DNA of 64,000 nucleotides, taken from IMG/VR virus record IMGVR_UViG_3300031953_000001, one strand, 5' to 3'. How positions within the stretch are numbered: the first letter of the stretch is position 1; every line of letters begins with the position of its first letter. The translations under genes were made by a program, and so were the position numbers. Origin of the DNA: a virus (taxonomy: Duplodnaviria; Caudoviricetes). The notes under the pieces are model-generated. The model searched no databases and had not been told where the DNA came from. It saw only the letters and a program-made list of their open reading frames with translations. Positions 8,608-18,214 of the stretch are shown piece after piece.

Positions 8608-8615
8608 CATACCAT
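8608..8615 (-). promoter_or_regulatory. putative late promoter ATGGTATG
   Basis: CATACCAT on +; the same 8-mer lies upstream of genes at 18170, 20450, 25369, 38399, 40853 and 62748. Confidence 0.55.
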
Positions 8616-8768
8616 GAGAACAACAATTCCATCCAGTCATCTATTGTCGAAATAATGCGTGGACTATAAACCGAGGTAGGACCTAGGTCCTACCTTTTAT
8701 GCCCCTTTAGTCGTTAATCTAGACACCACAGCCACTTATTTTGACCCACGGCCCCTTTGGAGGTTCTT

Positions 8769-9323
8769 ATGTTTAGTTACAAGGCACAGCTTGAAGAGCT
8801 AAAGTCTACGTTGGACAAACTTCAACACGAGATTGAAATTCGGTTGAACGTCGGGGAAGACCCCGGTGAGGTGTGCATCGATCTGCGTCACACGCTAAAA
8901 GGTCTGTCTAAGGAAAAGGTGTTTGACATACACACGCATCTGCCAGCGTCAGAAGAGAAGTTCGAGCGAGTGTTGGCGGCGTTGTTGCACGACGCGTTAG
9001 GACGCCACTGCGTAGACATCGGTGTGCTTAACGACAACACTCAACTGCTTGAAGCATTGTACACCCGTTGTCCGGAGTGGGATACCGTTGCCTGGGACGC
9101 CGACCTGGCTCGAAAGAGCATCAACTCTTTGTCTATCGCCCACCTGATCCGCCACTTAACGCTTAAAGACAGAGTTTTCTATCGGGTCAGTTTGATGGCT
9201 TCCCAAACCCACGACCCGAGGATTGACGTCATTGCAGAACATGAGCCGCACTTGAAACGCATCGTCATATTTGGTCTTGAAGTCATCGGTCGAGAACTTC
9301 CATCATTCATTAAAACCTCGTAA
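8769..9323 (+). CDS. hypothetical protein
   Basis: GGAGG SD, ATG at 8769. Confidence 0.7.
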   Translation: MFSYKAQLEELKSTLDKLQHEIEIRLNVGEDPGEVCIDLRHTLKGLSKEKVFDIHTHLPASEEKFERVLAALLHDALGRHCVDIGVLNDNTQLLEALYTRCPEWDTVAWDADLARKSINSLSIAHLIRHLTLKDRVFYRVSLMASQTHDPRIDVIAEHEPHLKRIVIFGLEVIGRELPSFIKTS

Positions 9324-9351
9324 AATACCCCCCCCCCATAAGGAAACCTGT

Positions 9352-9813
9352 ATGAATCACTTAGACGCTGATGCAATCGGTGAACTGGAATCTCAAATGA
9401 CGACTGTCGTCAATACCGTTGTCTCTACCCTAGTGGCGGAAAATAAAGACTTCGCTCACTCTGTGGGTACCGAGATGATGGAGCTATTGATGGAGCGGTT
9501 CCAACACAGTCGACCCCGACCGGCTGCAAAGGCAACGGGACTTGATTTCATGTCGTCTGTCTTTCGAGTAGGTCAGATCAAAGCCCTACTCGAAGACACC
9601 CCCGACGATCGCTTGGTCTTGTGTCAGATCGTAGGAGACAAGTCTGGTGTGTGCAACGCCTTTGTAGACATGGGGATGCTGAAGAAAGGCGATGGCCCTA
9701 TGATGATCACAGTCGGTCATCCTGAGATAGCCCACTTAACCGGCACCGCCGACTACACCGAGCGGAACACGATAATTAATGGGATGGTCGAGCAGTTAAA
9801 TAGACTGAGGTAA
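9352..9813 (+). CDS. hypothetical protein
   Basis: AAGGA SD, ATG at 9352. Confidence 0.7.
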   Translation: MNHLDADAIGELESQMTTVVNTVVSTLVAENKDFAHSVGTEMMELLMERFQHSRPRPAAKATGLDFMSSVFRVGQIKALLEDTPDDRLVLCQIVGDKSGVCNAFVDMGMLKKGDGPMMITVGHPEIAHLTGTADYTERNTIINGMVEQLNRLR

Positions 9814-9907
9814 AGGTCGGTGCGATTTAAAGGGGACCTTAGGGTCCTCTTATTTTTTGACTGCACTGAACGATTCTATACTCACCTCCCTTCTTGGAGA
9901 CTCGCTC

Positions 9908-10330
9908 ATGACCAACGTTCTTCCATTCAAACCCAAGACCTCCACCGACAACGACGTGGATCGGTTCTTAGAGTTCGCACACGGGTTGATCTTCGACGCC
10001 CGGCCCTCAACTGATCGTATGGACTTTACCATGGGTACCGTGACAGTGAGCGCGCAGAATATTCTCCGCAGCTACGAAGAACAACACTGGAAACACTTTA
10101 TTGAAGATAAGATCATGGCTGCCAGCGGATTGACGTCCTTGATGATGGCCACCCCAGACATAACCCGTACTGAACTGTTTGATGTCGCGGCTGTAGACGT
10201 TCAACTGTGGAGTAAAATCCCACACCTAGAACACTTCATCACCGCCAGCAATTGTGAGTTTGAATACAACTTTCGCACCGTCAATTACGACCTTGCTCAA
10301 ATCGCGTTTCAGATCCAACGTGGCGATTAA
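9908..10330 (+). CDS. hypothetical protein
   Basis: GGAG SD, ATG at 9908, downstream of a terminator hairpin at about 9830-9857. Confidence 0.7.
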   Translation: MTNVLPFKPKTSTDNDVDRFLEFAHGLIFDARPSTDRMDFTMGTVTVSAQNILRSYEEQHWKHFIEDKIMAASGLTSLMMATPDITRTELFDVAAVDVQLWSKIPHLEHFITASNCEFEYNFRTVNYDLAQIAFQIQRGD

Positions 10331-10367
10331 GTTCAGTAAAGACACCGTCACTTATTAGGAGCATTGA

Positions 10368-10931
10368 ATGGCCAAGGCATCAGCGGGCATGTCGAAGTAC
10401 GCGCACAAGGTTAGAAAACCATATCCAACGTTGTATCACATTTCGTTTAACGAAGAGCTACAGGGCGTCTGGCAACCGAAGTCTCCAGATGGGGATTACG
10501 ACGACAGTGGCGATGACGCCCTTTATGGAGAACCAACCACCCCCCGCATTTCACTTTCGCCGTCAGTGGAACAAGCCTTTCAAGCGGTGTACGCCAACGT
10601 AAAGCATTTATTCGACAAGTACCCTTATTTGATTTTCTTTGTGTATCAGCCAGTCTTTAAAGGAACGGAAAGAATCGTTGATCCAGGTCAGTTTTCCAAA
10701 CACCGCCTGGTTCACGATGCCCACATCACCGAAGAACACTCAGTTCTAGATCCTTTAAAGATGGCGTTATTGTCCAGAGTTAAAATACATAAACCAAACG
10801 ATAAGAATAGAGTCAACTATTACGCGTTTAACGTTAAGGCGAACGAGTATTACGGTTGGCTCCCTGGGCAAATTAATGCCGAATGGATGTCTTTAGAGTC
10901 ACGGTCATCCGTGGCGTGGTTAAACTGGTAA
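10368..10931 (+). CDS. putative virion head-packaged protein
   Basis: AGGAG SD; ends SLESRSSVAWLNW (SxE prohead-protease-type site plus Trp tail). Confidence 0.6.
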   Translation: MAKASAGMSKYAHKVRKPYPTLYHISFNEELQGVWQPKSPDGDYDDSGDDALYGEPTTPRISLSPSVEQAFQAVYANVKHLFDKYPYLIFFVYQPVFKGTERIVDPGQFSKHRLVHDAHITEEHSVLDPLKMALLSRVKIHKPNDKNRVNYYAFNVKANEYYGWLPGQINAEWMSLESRSSVAWLNW

Positions 10932-10943
10932 ATGGAGAGTAAC

Positions 10944-11489
10944 ATGGTTAAGACACCTTGGGACCCGGAGTTCACTCCGAGTTACACACCCAAAGAGATG
11001 CTTGAGTTAGGTGTGTTCGAAGGTAAGTACATCAACGCTTTATCTGGTTTACCCCCCGCCTGGTACAAACTGCCTAAAGTACTGGGACCCAAAGACGAGC
11101 CCGATGCCACCATCGATCACTTTGGGGTCAAGTCCCGCCAGCCGCTGTCGGAGTGGAAGAAGAAAGGATGGACAACGGACTTGTCTCCTTATGGCTGGTT
11201 TCAGTGGTATTGCCTGTATTGGACGGGGCGTAGGAACGACAAAGAAGACACGCTTCAGATCGGCCGGTGGAAAAGTTTTATAGCACGTCACCAAGGGCAA
11301 GTCGACGCTAAGTGTACGCCTAAGGATCGGACGTGCAACACCCGCCAACGCCAGGGATTGTTACAATGGGCCTGGGACTCAGCAACGTCGTTTACCGAAG
11401 CCCAACGCAAAGCCAACCTGTCTCGGTTAAAGAAGCGCCCTGAGGTCACGTTAGAAGACCGCCGTTCGCACTCGTATCTTAATTGGTGA
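10944..11489 (+). CDS. Trp/Tyr-rich conserved protein of unknown function (TPKEMLELGVF...PYGWFQWYC..GRR type)
   Basis: Recognisable conserved motif set; ends TLEDRRSHSYLNW. Confidence 0.65.
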   Translation: MVKTPWDPEFTPSYTPKEMLELGVFEGKYINALSGLPPAWYKLPKVLGPKDEPDATIDHFGVKSRQPLSEWKKKGWTTDLSPYGWFQWYCLYWTGRRNDKEDTLQIGRWKSFIARHQGQVDAKCTPKDRTCNTRQRQGLLQWAWDSATSFTEAQRKANLSRLKKRPEVTLEDRRSHSYLNW

Positions 11490-11494
11490 TCCTT

Positions 11495-11794
11495 ATGCCT
11501 AGAGCCGTGTCCGTTTTGAGACTCAGTATAACCCCTGACAACTTAGCCCGTCAGATCGTGATGGATGGGTTTGCCATGCAGAAGAAATACCCGTCTCGCC
11601 TTGTTGAAAGTGCGTTGCCCGTCCCCATCGCTAAGAACTGCCGCGGTCGATTGGCAGCAAAAAATGGTGTGTTTTTAGATCCGGAGTTCCATTCGCTGTT
11701 CGATAAAGCCATTCGACTGATTCAAACGTCGATCCCTACCCCACAAGAGATACCCGACGATGTCGAACTCACATGCAGTTGTGACCGAGGTTAG
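11495..11794 (+). CDS. hypothetical protein
   Basis: ATG at 11495 inside track ORF 11483..11794. Confidence 0.5.
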   Translation: MPRAVSVLRLSITPDNLARQIVMDGFAMQKKYPSRLVESALPVPIAKNCRGRLAAKNGVFLDPEFHSLFDKAIRLIQTSIPTPQEIPDDVELTCSCDRG

Positions 11795-11972
11795 AGGTGC
11801 TACCTCGACGCACACCTGCCCTAAGTGCGAAGGGCCTGCCACTTGCGCCATGGAGACGGGTAAGTCAATATCGGCCTGTTGGTGTTTGCAGTACTCCCCA
11901 GTACCTTTAACGCCTGACGCTGTAAGCGATCAATGCATGTGTCGGCGGTGTCTTCAGAGTCTGACGTCTTAA
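11760..11972 (+). CDS. cysteine-rich CWC family protein
   Basis: CPKC...C......CWC.....C.C.RCL pattern; start uncertain. Confidence 0.7.
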   Translation: MSNSHAVVTEVRGATSTHTCPKCEGPATCAMETGKSISACWCLQYSPVPLTPDAVSDQCMCRRCLQSLTS

Positions 11973-12045
11973 GTATAGCGGGGACACTCCTCGCTTTTTT
12001 TTGTCTCTATAGTTTGATTGAACACCTCACTTGGAGTAATTGCAG

Positions 12046-14085
12046 ATGCTTTCAAATATACGACGCGTGCTGGGGTCGATTGATATTCGGGAGAAGAACG
12101 ACGAGATCCACGTCAGTGGTATTCCAGCGAACATCATGGCCGGCGACATCGCGCGTATCTGGAAGACTTCCCGCATCAACACCTACATGTTCACGCAGCA
12201 AGGAAGAAGCAACTTCTCCTTCCCTAAGTTTTTTACGGTAGACGTGGTCTTTGCTTTGAACCGACTCAAGGAAGAGGCAAGAACGTACACCAGCCGGCGC
12301 GCCGCGGATAAGATCATTGCTGGCATTGAATTGATCACTTGGTTGTCATCCACCAAAGATGAACGTCCAGACATCCTGGATTTTCGAGAAGCCAAGCAAT
12401 TTAAGAAGACCATGTTGCCGCATCAGGACGAGTTCCTTAAGCAATACAACGACATAGTACCTCGCTATGAGTTAAACGGGTACATGTTAGCAGCGCCTCC
12501 TGGGGCCGGTAAGACCTTAACAGGGTTACTGCTACACGAGATGCTTAAGCACGACGTCGTGGTGTGTGTGGTCCCTAAGGTCTCTGTAGAGCGCGTCTGG
12601 GTGAAAGCTTTGCTGGAAGAGTACCGGCGTCCTAAAGAGAAGTACTGGGACTCGGTCACCAAAGGCGACATTGTTGATGGTCTTGATGCTTACGTGGTGC
12701 ATTACGAGTCGTTGAACAAGTTGCAAGAGATTGTGCCTTACCTACGCCGTAAACAGGTCACCGTGATTCTGGACGAATCGCACAACATGAATGAGATCGG
12801 CTCTCAGCGCACCGAGAACTTTGTCGAGTTCTGCAAAACCATAGGCGCAGAACACGTAGTCTGGTCCTCGGGCACACCGCTCAAAGCCATGGGGTCTGAG
12901 ATGATCCCGTTCTTGCGCACCACAGACAAGCATTTTAATTCCGGGGTGGAAGACCGGTTCAAGCGCATCTACGGCATGAGTGTGGCTCGGGCCAACGACA
13001 TTCTGTCTAATCGCCTGGGCATTGTCTCCTATCGGGTGGAGAAGTCCTTGGTGGTGCCGGGTGAGCCTTCTGAAGAGACGATCAAGATTCAGATACCCAA
13101 CGGGGACCATTACACCTTACGGGCTGTTGCCGAGCGGATGCGGGAGTTCATAGCGCAGCGGTTGGAGTATTACCGTGCCAACATGCCTGAGTTCAAGGAA
13201 ACGTATCGGCGCAGTTTGGATGTCTTTGCACAAACGCTGAAGACGCAACGTGAGCTGGATGAATTCCGCTTCTACGAACACAAGGTCAAGCAGATCCGAG
13301 CCACTAAGGATTACTCAACCGTCGCTGACATCATGATGGAGGCAAACCAATACGAACTTAAAACGATTCTTCCAGCTTTGCCTAACGAGCTGAGAAGTCC
13401 GTTTAAGAACGTCCGGTCCATCATTAAGTACGTTGACTTAAAAGTCCGGGGGGAAGCGCTGGGCAGTATCTTAGGTCGAGCTCGAATCGAGTGTCATACT
13501 GAGATGGTGCCGTATTCTGGGTTGCCTGACATCATTAAAACGGCGGCTAAGAAGACACTCATCTTCACCAGTTACGTTGACGTGGTGAAGACGGCAGACG
13601 CTTACTTGAAAACACAGGGTTTTAAACCAGCCACGGTGTTTGGGGAGACCAACAAGGACTTGGCTAGGATCATCGGCCAGGTAGATAAGGATGCAACCGT
13701 CAACCCACTACTGGCCACCTACGCCTCCTTATCAACGGCCATGCCTTTGGTGATGGCCAATGTGGTGGTGATGTTGAACCAACCCTTTAGATCTCACGAG
13801 CGCGAACAAGCAGTGGCGCGTGTGCATCGATTAGGACAAGACAGTCAGGTCTATTTCATCACCATCTTACTGGACACCGGCGATGAACCCAACGTCTCCA
13901 CTCGATCCTCTGACATTATGGAATGGTCCAAACGTCAGGTTGAGGAGATGATGGGGGTAAGAGGCGATGTGTCGTTGGAGGCGTACGGGGAGTTAAACGA
14001 CCCTGAGATCCAATTGATTCCTCACCTTGAGGAAATTGAGCAACTTCTGAATCCACCGGCAAACCGCCAGTGGCACACTTGGTAA
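12046..14085 (+). CDS. SF2 (SNF2/DEAD-like) helicase, probably virion-associated
   Basis: Walker [14 protein letters not shown] box, SGTP, motif [13 protein letters not shown]; C-terminal SLE...WHTW. Confidence 0.9.
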   Translation: MLSNIRRVLGSIDIREKNDEIHVSGIPANIMAGDIARIWKTSRINTYMFTQQGRSNFSFPKFFTVDVVFALNRLKEEARTYTSRRAADKIIAGIELITWLSSTKDERPDILDFREAKQFKKTMLPHQDEFLKQYNDIVPRYELNGYMLAAPPGAGKTLTGLLLHEMLKHDVVVCVVPKVSVERVWVKALLEEYRRPKEKYWDSVTKGDIVDGLDAYVVHYESLNKLQEIVPYLRRKQVTVILDESHNMNEIGSQRTENFVEFCKTIGAEHVVWSSGTPLKAMGSEMIPFLRTTDKHFNSGVEDRFKRIYGMSVARANDILSNRLGIVSYRVEKSLVVPGEPSEETIKIQIPNGDHYTLRAVAERMREFIAQRLEYYRANMPEFKETYRRSLDVFAQTLKTQRELDEFRFYEHKVKQIRATKDYSTVADIMMEANQYELKTILPALPNELRSPFKNVRSIIKYVDLKVRGEALGSILGRARIECHTEMVPYSGLPDIIKTAAKKTLIFTSYVDVVKTADAYLKTQGFKPATVFGETNKDLARIIGQVDKDATVNPLLATYASLSTAMPLVMANVVVMLNQPFRSHEREQAVARVHRLGQDSQVYFITILLDTGDEPNVSTRSSDIMEWSKRQVEEMMGVRGDVSLEAYGELNDPEIQLIPHLEEIEQLLNPPANRQWHTW

Positions 14086-14190
14086 ACGGCAAGTAGATCC
14101 ACCGCGATGCTACGGTATAAGACATAACCTGGGGTAGGGCTTAGGCCCTACCCTCTATGCCGTCTAAAACCGTTGATCCAACCGAATCTC

Positions 14191-14208
14191 AAACCTATAT
14201 CACACAGG
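14191..14208 (+). promoter_or_regulatory. putative early promoter AAACCTATATCACACAGG
   Basis: Exact 18-mer also at 16480-16497 and 46496-46513. Confidence 0.7.
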
Positions 14209-14260
14209 TGACTTGGAGCAGCATACCGCTGTAACCGTAACCCGTAGAAGGAAATTAACC

Positions 14261-14449
14261 ATGTTCAAAACCATCACTGATACCCTGAACGATCCTAAAG
14301 TAGCAGGCGCAAGTGGTGCCGTAGCCGGTGTAGCAGTTGCAGGTCTGTTCAGCTTCGGCCGTCGTAAGCTCCGCGAGCGGGCTATCGCTAAAGCCCACAA
14401 GGATGCTGAAGATGCCATAAAAGAAAGTATGGCTGCTGCTGCAAAGTAA
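14261..14449 (+). CDS. small single-pass membrane protein
   Basis: AAGGA SD; Ala/Gly/Val-rich hydrophobic helix then a basic patch; monocistronic between promoter and terminator. Confidence 0.75.
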   Translation: MFKTITDTLNDPKVAGASGAVAGVAVAGLFSFGRRKLRERAIAKAHKDAEDAIKESMAAAAK

Positions 14450-14476
14450 ACCACAGTCGGCGCGATGGTGGTTATA

Positions 14477-14506
14477 AGAGGGACTCAGGTCCCTCTTCTT
14501 TTTTTT
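14477..14506 (+). terminator. intrinsic terminator
   Basis: AAGAGGGAC-TCAG-GTCCCTCTT followed by a T-tract. Confidence 0.85.
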
Positions 14507-14630
14507 GTTCAAGCTGTTAATTTGCACACCGATTACGATTGATGTGAGAGTTTGAAGGATACCGCAAACGTGGATCGGCATTCAATTCCTCACCTACGAG
14601 AATAAACGACCTTATTAGGAGCCGTCTTAG

Positions 14631-15302
14631 ATGACTGTATTATCCGATATCAGTATCCGCGATTTGTGCACAGGTGAATTTATAACGCGTTGGACCGAAC
14701 CCGTAGAGTGGGACATGCGTGGCAACGTTAAAACAGAGAGATCTTTGGGGGAGTTGCGCAACCACTCCGGCAAACCGATGATCGCGCCGTTTGTCGATCG
14801 GTCAGTTAAAGTAGACGATCAAGGCAACCCGATCATCTCGTACGGACTGTCCAGTTACGGGTACGACATTCGGTTGTCCAATCGGTTCCGGTTGTTCACC
14901 AAACCCAACGACGGTCGAGTAATCGATCCTAAGAGTTCCAACCACGACGATTTTTCCGAAGCGGTGGTGGCAGACACCATCGTCATACCGCCTGGGGGGT
15001 TGTTGTTAGGTCACAGCGTCGAGACCTTCAGTATTCCTCGTGAGGTGATGGTGGTGTGTTTAGGAAAGTCAACGTACGCAAGATGCGGTGCCTTAGTCAA
15101 CGTGACGCCCTTGGAACCTGAGTGGGAAGGGGAATTGGTCATAGAGATTACCAATGGCACGAACTTGCCGTTGAAGATCTACGCTCACGAAGGCATTGCG
15201 CAATTGATGTTCCACGTCGGTGATCGAGAATGTGAGACCAGCTACAAAGACCGCGGTGGTAAGTACCAAGGCCAATCGGGCGTGACCCTCGCCAGAATCT
15301 AA
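14631..15302 (+). CDS. dcd: dCTP deaminase
   Basis: ISYGLSSYGYDIRL, GKSTYARCG, VNVTPLEPEWEG, YAHEGIAQL and YKDRGGKYQGQ motifs. Confidence 0.95.
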   Translation: MTVLSDISIRDLCTGEFITRWTEPVEWDMRGNVKTERSLGELRNHSGKPMIAPFVDRSVKVDDQGNPIISYGLSSYGYDIRLSNRFRLFTKPNDGRVIDPKSSNHDDFSEAVVADTIVIPPGGLLLGHSVETFSIPREVMVVCLGKSTYARCGALVNVTPLEPEWEGELVIEITNGTNLPLKIYAHEGIAQLMFHVGDRECETSYKDRGGKYQGQSGVTLARI

Positions 15303-15335
15303 TCTTAATTTCAACCCCAACAGAGCAGCAGTACA

Positions 15336-15611
15336 ATGATGTTGAATCAAGGCACACTTCCGTTAGAAACAAACCCCGCTGGACAAACTGAACCGCTTGA
15401 CACCGAAGTTATTTATTCAGGCGAACCACTGCCGATGGAGTTTAGTTTCCCCATCACCTACGTGTACGCCAACGGAGAGTCCGTCGTATGCGATACGAAA
15501 GAGGAAGTGTTGGCAGCGGAACAGTACGACCTTGAGTTGACCATTTACCCCCCGGCTATTGTAATGATTGGATTGATGGTCGCTATGGCCATTGCTATGT
15601 ATTTCTACTGA
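15336..15611 (+). CDS. hypothetical protein with a C-terminal membrane anchor
   Basis: Hydrophobic tail IVMIGLMVAMAIAMYFY. Confidence 0.6.
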   Translation: MMLNQGTLPLETNPAGQTEPLDTEVIYSGEPLPMEFSFPITYVYANGESVVCDTKEEVLAAEQYDLELTIYPPAIVMIGLMVAMAIAMYFY

Positions 15612-15639
15612 ACAATAAAGACTACGAGGAGTTTGAATC

Positions 15640-15945
15640 ATGATCGTATACGGTAAAGTCACCCACGATATTTTTCATTCTGCAGACGGGTTGTACCACA
15701 TTTTCAATATACGCCGCCATGGGGGGCAACCTCTGGTGGCCACGTACACGGGAGATGCTCCACCTAAGCCACTGAAGACCGTGGAGTACGAATTCCACGG
15801 CGAAGAAGCGGTGCACCCTAAATACGGTAAGCAGTTCGCTGTGACGTCGTATTGCCGAAGTACCGTTAAAGGCGAGTCTCCCGCACTCAATTACCGCCTT
15901 AAACGTCTTGATCAAACCGCCGCACACCACATGAGAGACTTGTAA
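15640..15945 (+). CDS. stand-alone RecD2 N-terminal OB-fold-like protein
   Basis: AGGAG SD; G.V..IF...DG.Y.IF and HPKYGKQF.V..Y motifs. Confidence 0.6.
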   Translation: MIVYGKVTHDIFHSADGLYHIFNIRRHGGQPLVATYTGDAPPKPLKTVEYEFHGEEAVHPKYGKQFAVTSYCRSTVKGESPALNYRLKRLDQTAAHHMRDL

Positions 15946-15975
15946 GGTCGTGGTGTACAAAAAGGAATCTGCACC

Positions 15976-16242
15976 ATGAGTGATGACAACTACCAAGATT
16001 TGGGCTTAGACGACATAGCCCCTATGCAGCTGTCGGAGCTGTCGGTCGAAGCTCAGGCACAGCAAGCATTTCACCGCATAGCGCCTAAGGTGCCTGAGGA
16101 GCTCTCTGAGCGCTTTGTACAGTTAGGTATGGAAGCGTGCAAGCGCATTGCTGCAAACCGCCCTGGTGGCGTTGTCAGCACCGACGAGCTGGTTACGGAG
16201 TTTGAGTCTATCTTACGGGGATTGATCACAGACTCCCGCTAG
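15976..16242 (+). CDS. hypothetical protein
   Basis: AAGGA SD. Confidence 0.7.
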   Translation: MSDDNYQDLGLDDIAPMQLSELSVEAQAQQAFHRIAPKVPEELSERFVQLGMEACKRIAANRPGGVVSTDELVTEFESILRGLITDSR

Positions 16243-16260
16243 GCAACCTTAAGGTGACCG

Positions 16261-16434
16261 ATGAGTTTGAAACGTTCTTCCCAAACCAAACGCCGACCGT
16301 CTGCGGGTGAATTAAAACGCCGAGAACTGCAAGGGTATTTGGACAAGTTACAACAAGTGCCCAACAAAACCTCTCAAGACACCGACCTGATCCACGAGTT
16401 ACACGTCGCTTTAACCCGATTAAAACAGCGGTAG
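16261..16434 (+). CDS. small hypothetical protein (57 aa, below the track cutoff)
   Basis: MSLKRSSQTKRR...LKQR; AAGGTG SD; followed by a hairpin at 16425-16452. Confidence 0.55.
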   Translation: MSLKRSSQTKRRPSAGELKRRELQGYLDKLQQVPNKTSQDTDLIHELHVALTRLKQR

Positions 16435-16479
16435 GGTTCGCCCTACTGCTGTATGCCCAATCCGATTGAACGATTTTAT

Positions 16480-16497
16480 AAACCTATATCACACAGG
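16480..16497 (+). promoter_or_regulatory. putative early promoter AAACCTATATCACACAGG
   Basis: Exact copy of the 18-mer. Confidence 0.7.
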
Positions 16498-16555
16498 TAG
16501 CACACGTGTGCCGCTCTGTCGATTCGTAATACCCCACCCTGTACGGAGAACACCC

Positions 16556-16873
16556 ATGAAAGCCTACGTCCAGAAAGTAAAAGAAGCCGGTATCCATAAC
16601 CAAACGGTTTACGGCAATCCGGATACCGCCACCTTAAGAGCCCACATCGCCCGCCAGATGCGCGATTTGGTTTCTGATGTAGTTGAACAACAAGTGCGAG
16701 ACGGCGCCTTCGATCGTCTAACCTTGCCTGAGTTGCAACTGTTAACCTTACGCCTGCCTGAGTTGTCTGCCGACGACTTCCAGATAGTAGACGCGATAGT
16801 GGATGCAGTAATACCCCCACCTTCTGAGGACACCATCACGCTGCGCAACCGTGGCGTTAACATTCCAGAGTAA
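16556..16873 (+). CDS. hypothetical protein
   Basis: GGAG SD, ATG at 16556, downstream of the promoter motif. Confidence 0.7.
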   Translation: MKAYVQKVKEAGIHNQTVYGNPDTATLRAHIARQMRDLVSDVVEQQVRDGAFDRLTLPELQLLTLRLPELSADDFQIVDAIVDAVIPPPSEDTITLRNRGVNIPE

Positions 16874-16943
16874 TGCACATCTTCGGAGAAGTGGGTTCGC
16901 CCACTTTCTCCATCCCTTTTCTTTTTTCGATAAGGAAACCTGT

Positions 16944-18080
16944 ATGTCCCTACGTGAACAGATGCTGCAACACCGAGTAGATGCCTTAGAAGAGGCCGTT
17001 GAGAACTTAATCGTAACCATTCAGACGCACCTACCCAGCGCAGGCGGTATGGCAGACAACGCTCGATCGGCTATCTATTCGGCCGGCGCGTACGTTGAAA
17101 CAATGGTCGCTCAAACACTCGCCGCACCTAGAGTCGCGCGCAGGGCAAGTCACGATAAGGTATTAAGCAACGGAGATCTTGGTCGACTAATGCGGATCTA
17201 CATTCCCCTGTTGTTGGAATGTGACCCAGAGCAGCGGTTCTTAAAACGAACCGACCGGGATAGAGGTAGGAGAGATTTGTCGGATACATACACCTTGGAT
17301 CTTTCATCGATACCTAAAGCTGCTCACACCCCAGTACCCCATTCCCACACAACGGCGAACAACGACCATACGAGAATGGCGTTGCGCGTTTCAAATAAAA
17401 TACAAGGTATGTGGTTCGCTACTTGCATCTCAGGCACTGAGTTGTATCACGACGAATGGTCGAGTTACTCAACTGAGTACGATGGCGTTGCCATGTCGTT
17501 GTTTGAAAAAGAGCTCATCGAAGCCATATCACAGATCTTTAAAGTCCTGAACCGATCGGATGCGATGATCGACCCCAACTTCGATCTGCACGGTAGAAAC
17601 GGTGTGAACCACAAGTTGACCTTATCCCACGACACCTGGCGTCGGGAAGCGATCTTGCTGGGGACAGCCATTGAGGGACAAGGAGTGACCCTCGCCTCTA
17701 AATCTTCCAACGAGGACGTCATCCCCAACCTAAGGATCACGTTGTGGAAAGACCTCCCCGACAAAGCCATAACGATCGCAATCGGACCTCAACACGGAGA
17801 CACCTTCGTACTGAAAGTCTTCCGTGACCAACAAATTCTATCGCTACGTAAGTACGACGGTATCGATCAAGAGTTGCGCCCAAGTGATCTGAATGTACTC
17901 GATCGTGCTCGACTCAAACTGCTGATTGAATTTGTCGTGGCGCTGATGCGAGGCGAACATACGGGTACCGACTTATCGTTCCGTGATCCCACTGGGATTC
18001 AGGTGGACTGGGACGTTACCGTCATTCCGACCCCAGACATCGAAGACGCTCAAGACGAAAACTATTCGCTTCCTACGTGA
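16944..18080 (+). CDS. hypothetical protein
   Basis: AAGGA SD, ATG at 16944; about 378 aa. Confidence 0.75.
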   Translation: MSLREQMLQHRVDALEEAVENLIVTIQTHLPSAGGMADNARSAIYSAGAYVETMVAQTLAAPRVARRASHDKVLSNGDLGRLMRIYIPLLLECDPEQRFLKRTDRDRGRRDLSDTYTLDLSSIPKAAHTPVPHSHTTANNDHTRMALRVSNKIQGMWFATCISGTELYHDEWSSYSTEYDGVAMSLFEKELIEAISQIFKVLNRSDAMIDPNFDLHGRNGVNHKLTLSHDTWRREAILLGTAIEGQGVTLASKSSNEDVIPNLRITLWKDLPDKAITIAIGPQHGDTFVLKVFRDQQILSLRKYDGIDQELRPSDLNVLDRARLKLLIEFVVALMRGEHTGTDLSFRDPTGIQVDWDVTVIPTPDIEDAQDENYSLPT

Positions 18081-18132
18081 GGTAACTGTATCGCAGCCAC
18101 ACTAGATGTGACTCCATAGTGCTGAGGCGTAA

Positions 18133-18177
18133 CGCATAAGGGGAGCTTCGGTTCCCCTTATTTTTTGTCATGGTATG
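18133..18177 (+). promoter_or_regulatory. terminator hairpin immediately followed by late promoter ATGGTATG
   Basis: CGCATAAGGGGAGC-TTCG-GTTCCCCTTAT-T-tract-GTC-ATGGTATG. Confidence 0.7.
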
Positions 18178-18214
18178 GCCGAAGACCTATATTCTTCTAA
18201 CCGAGGATACACGT

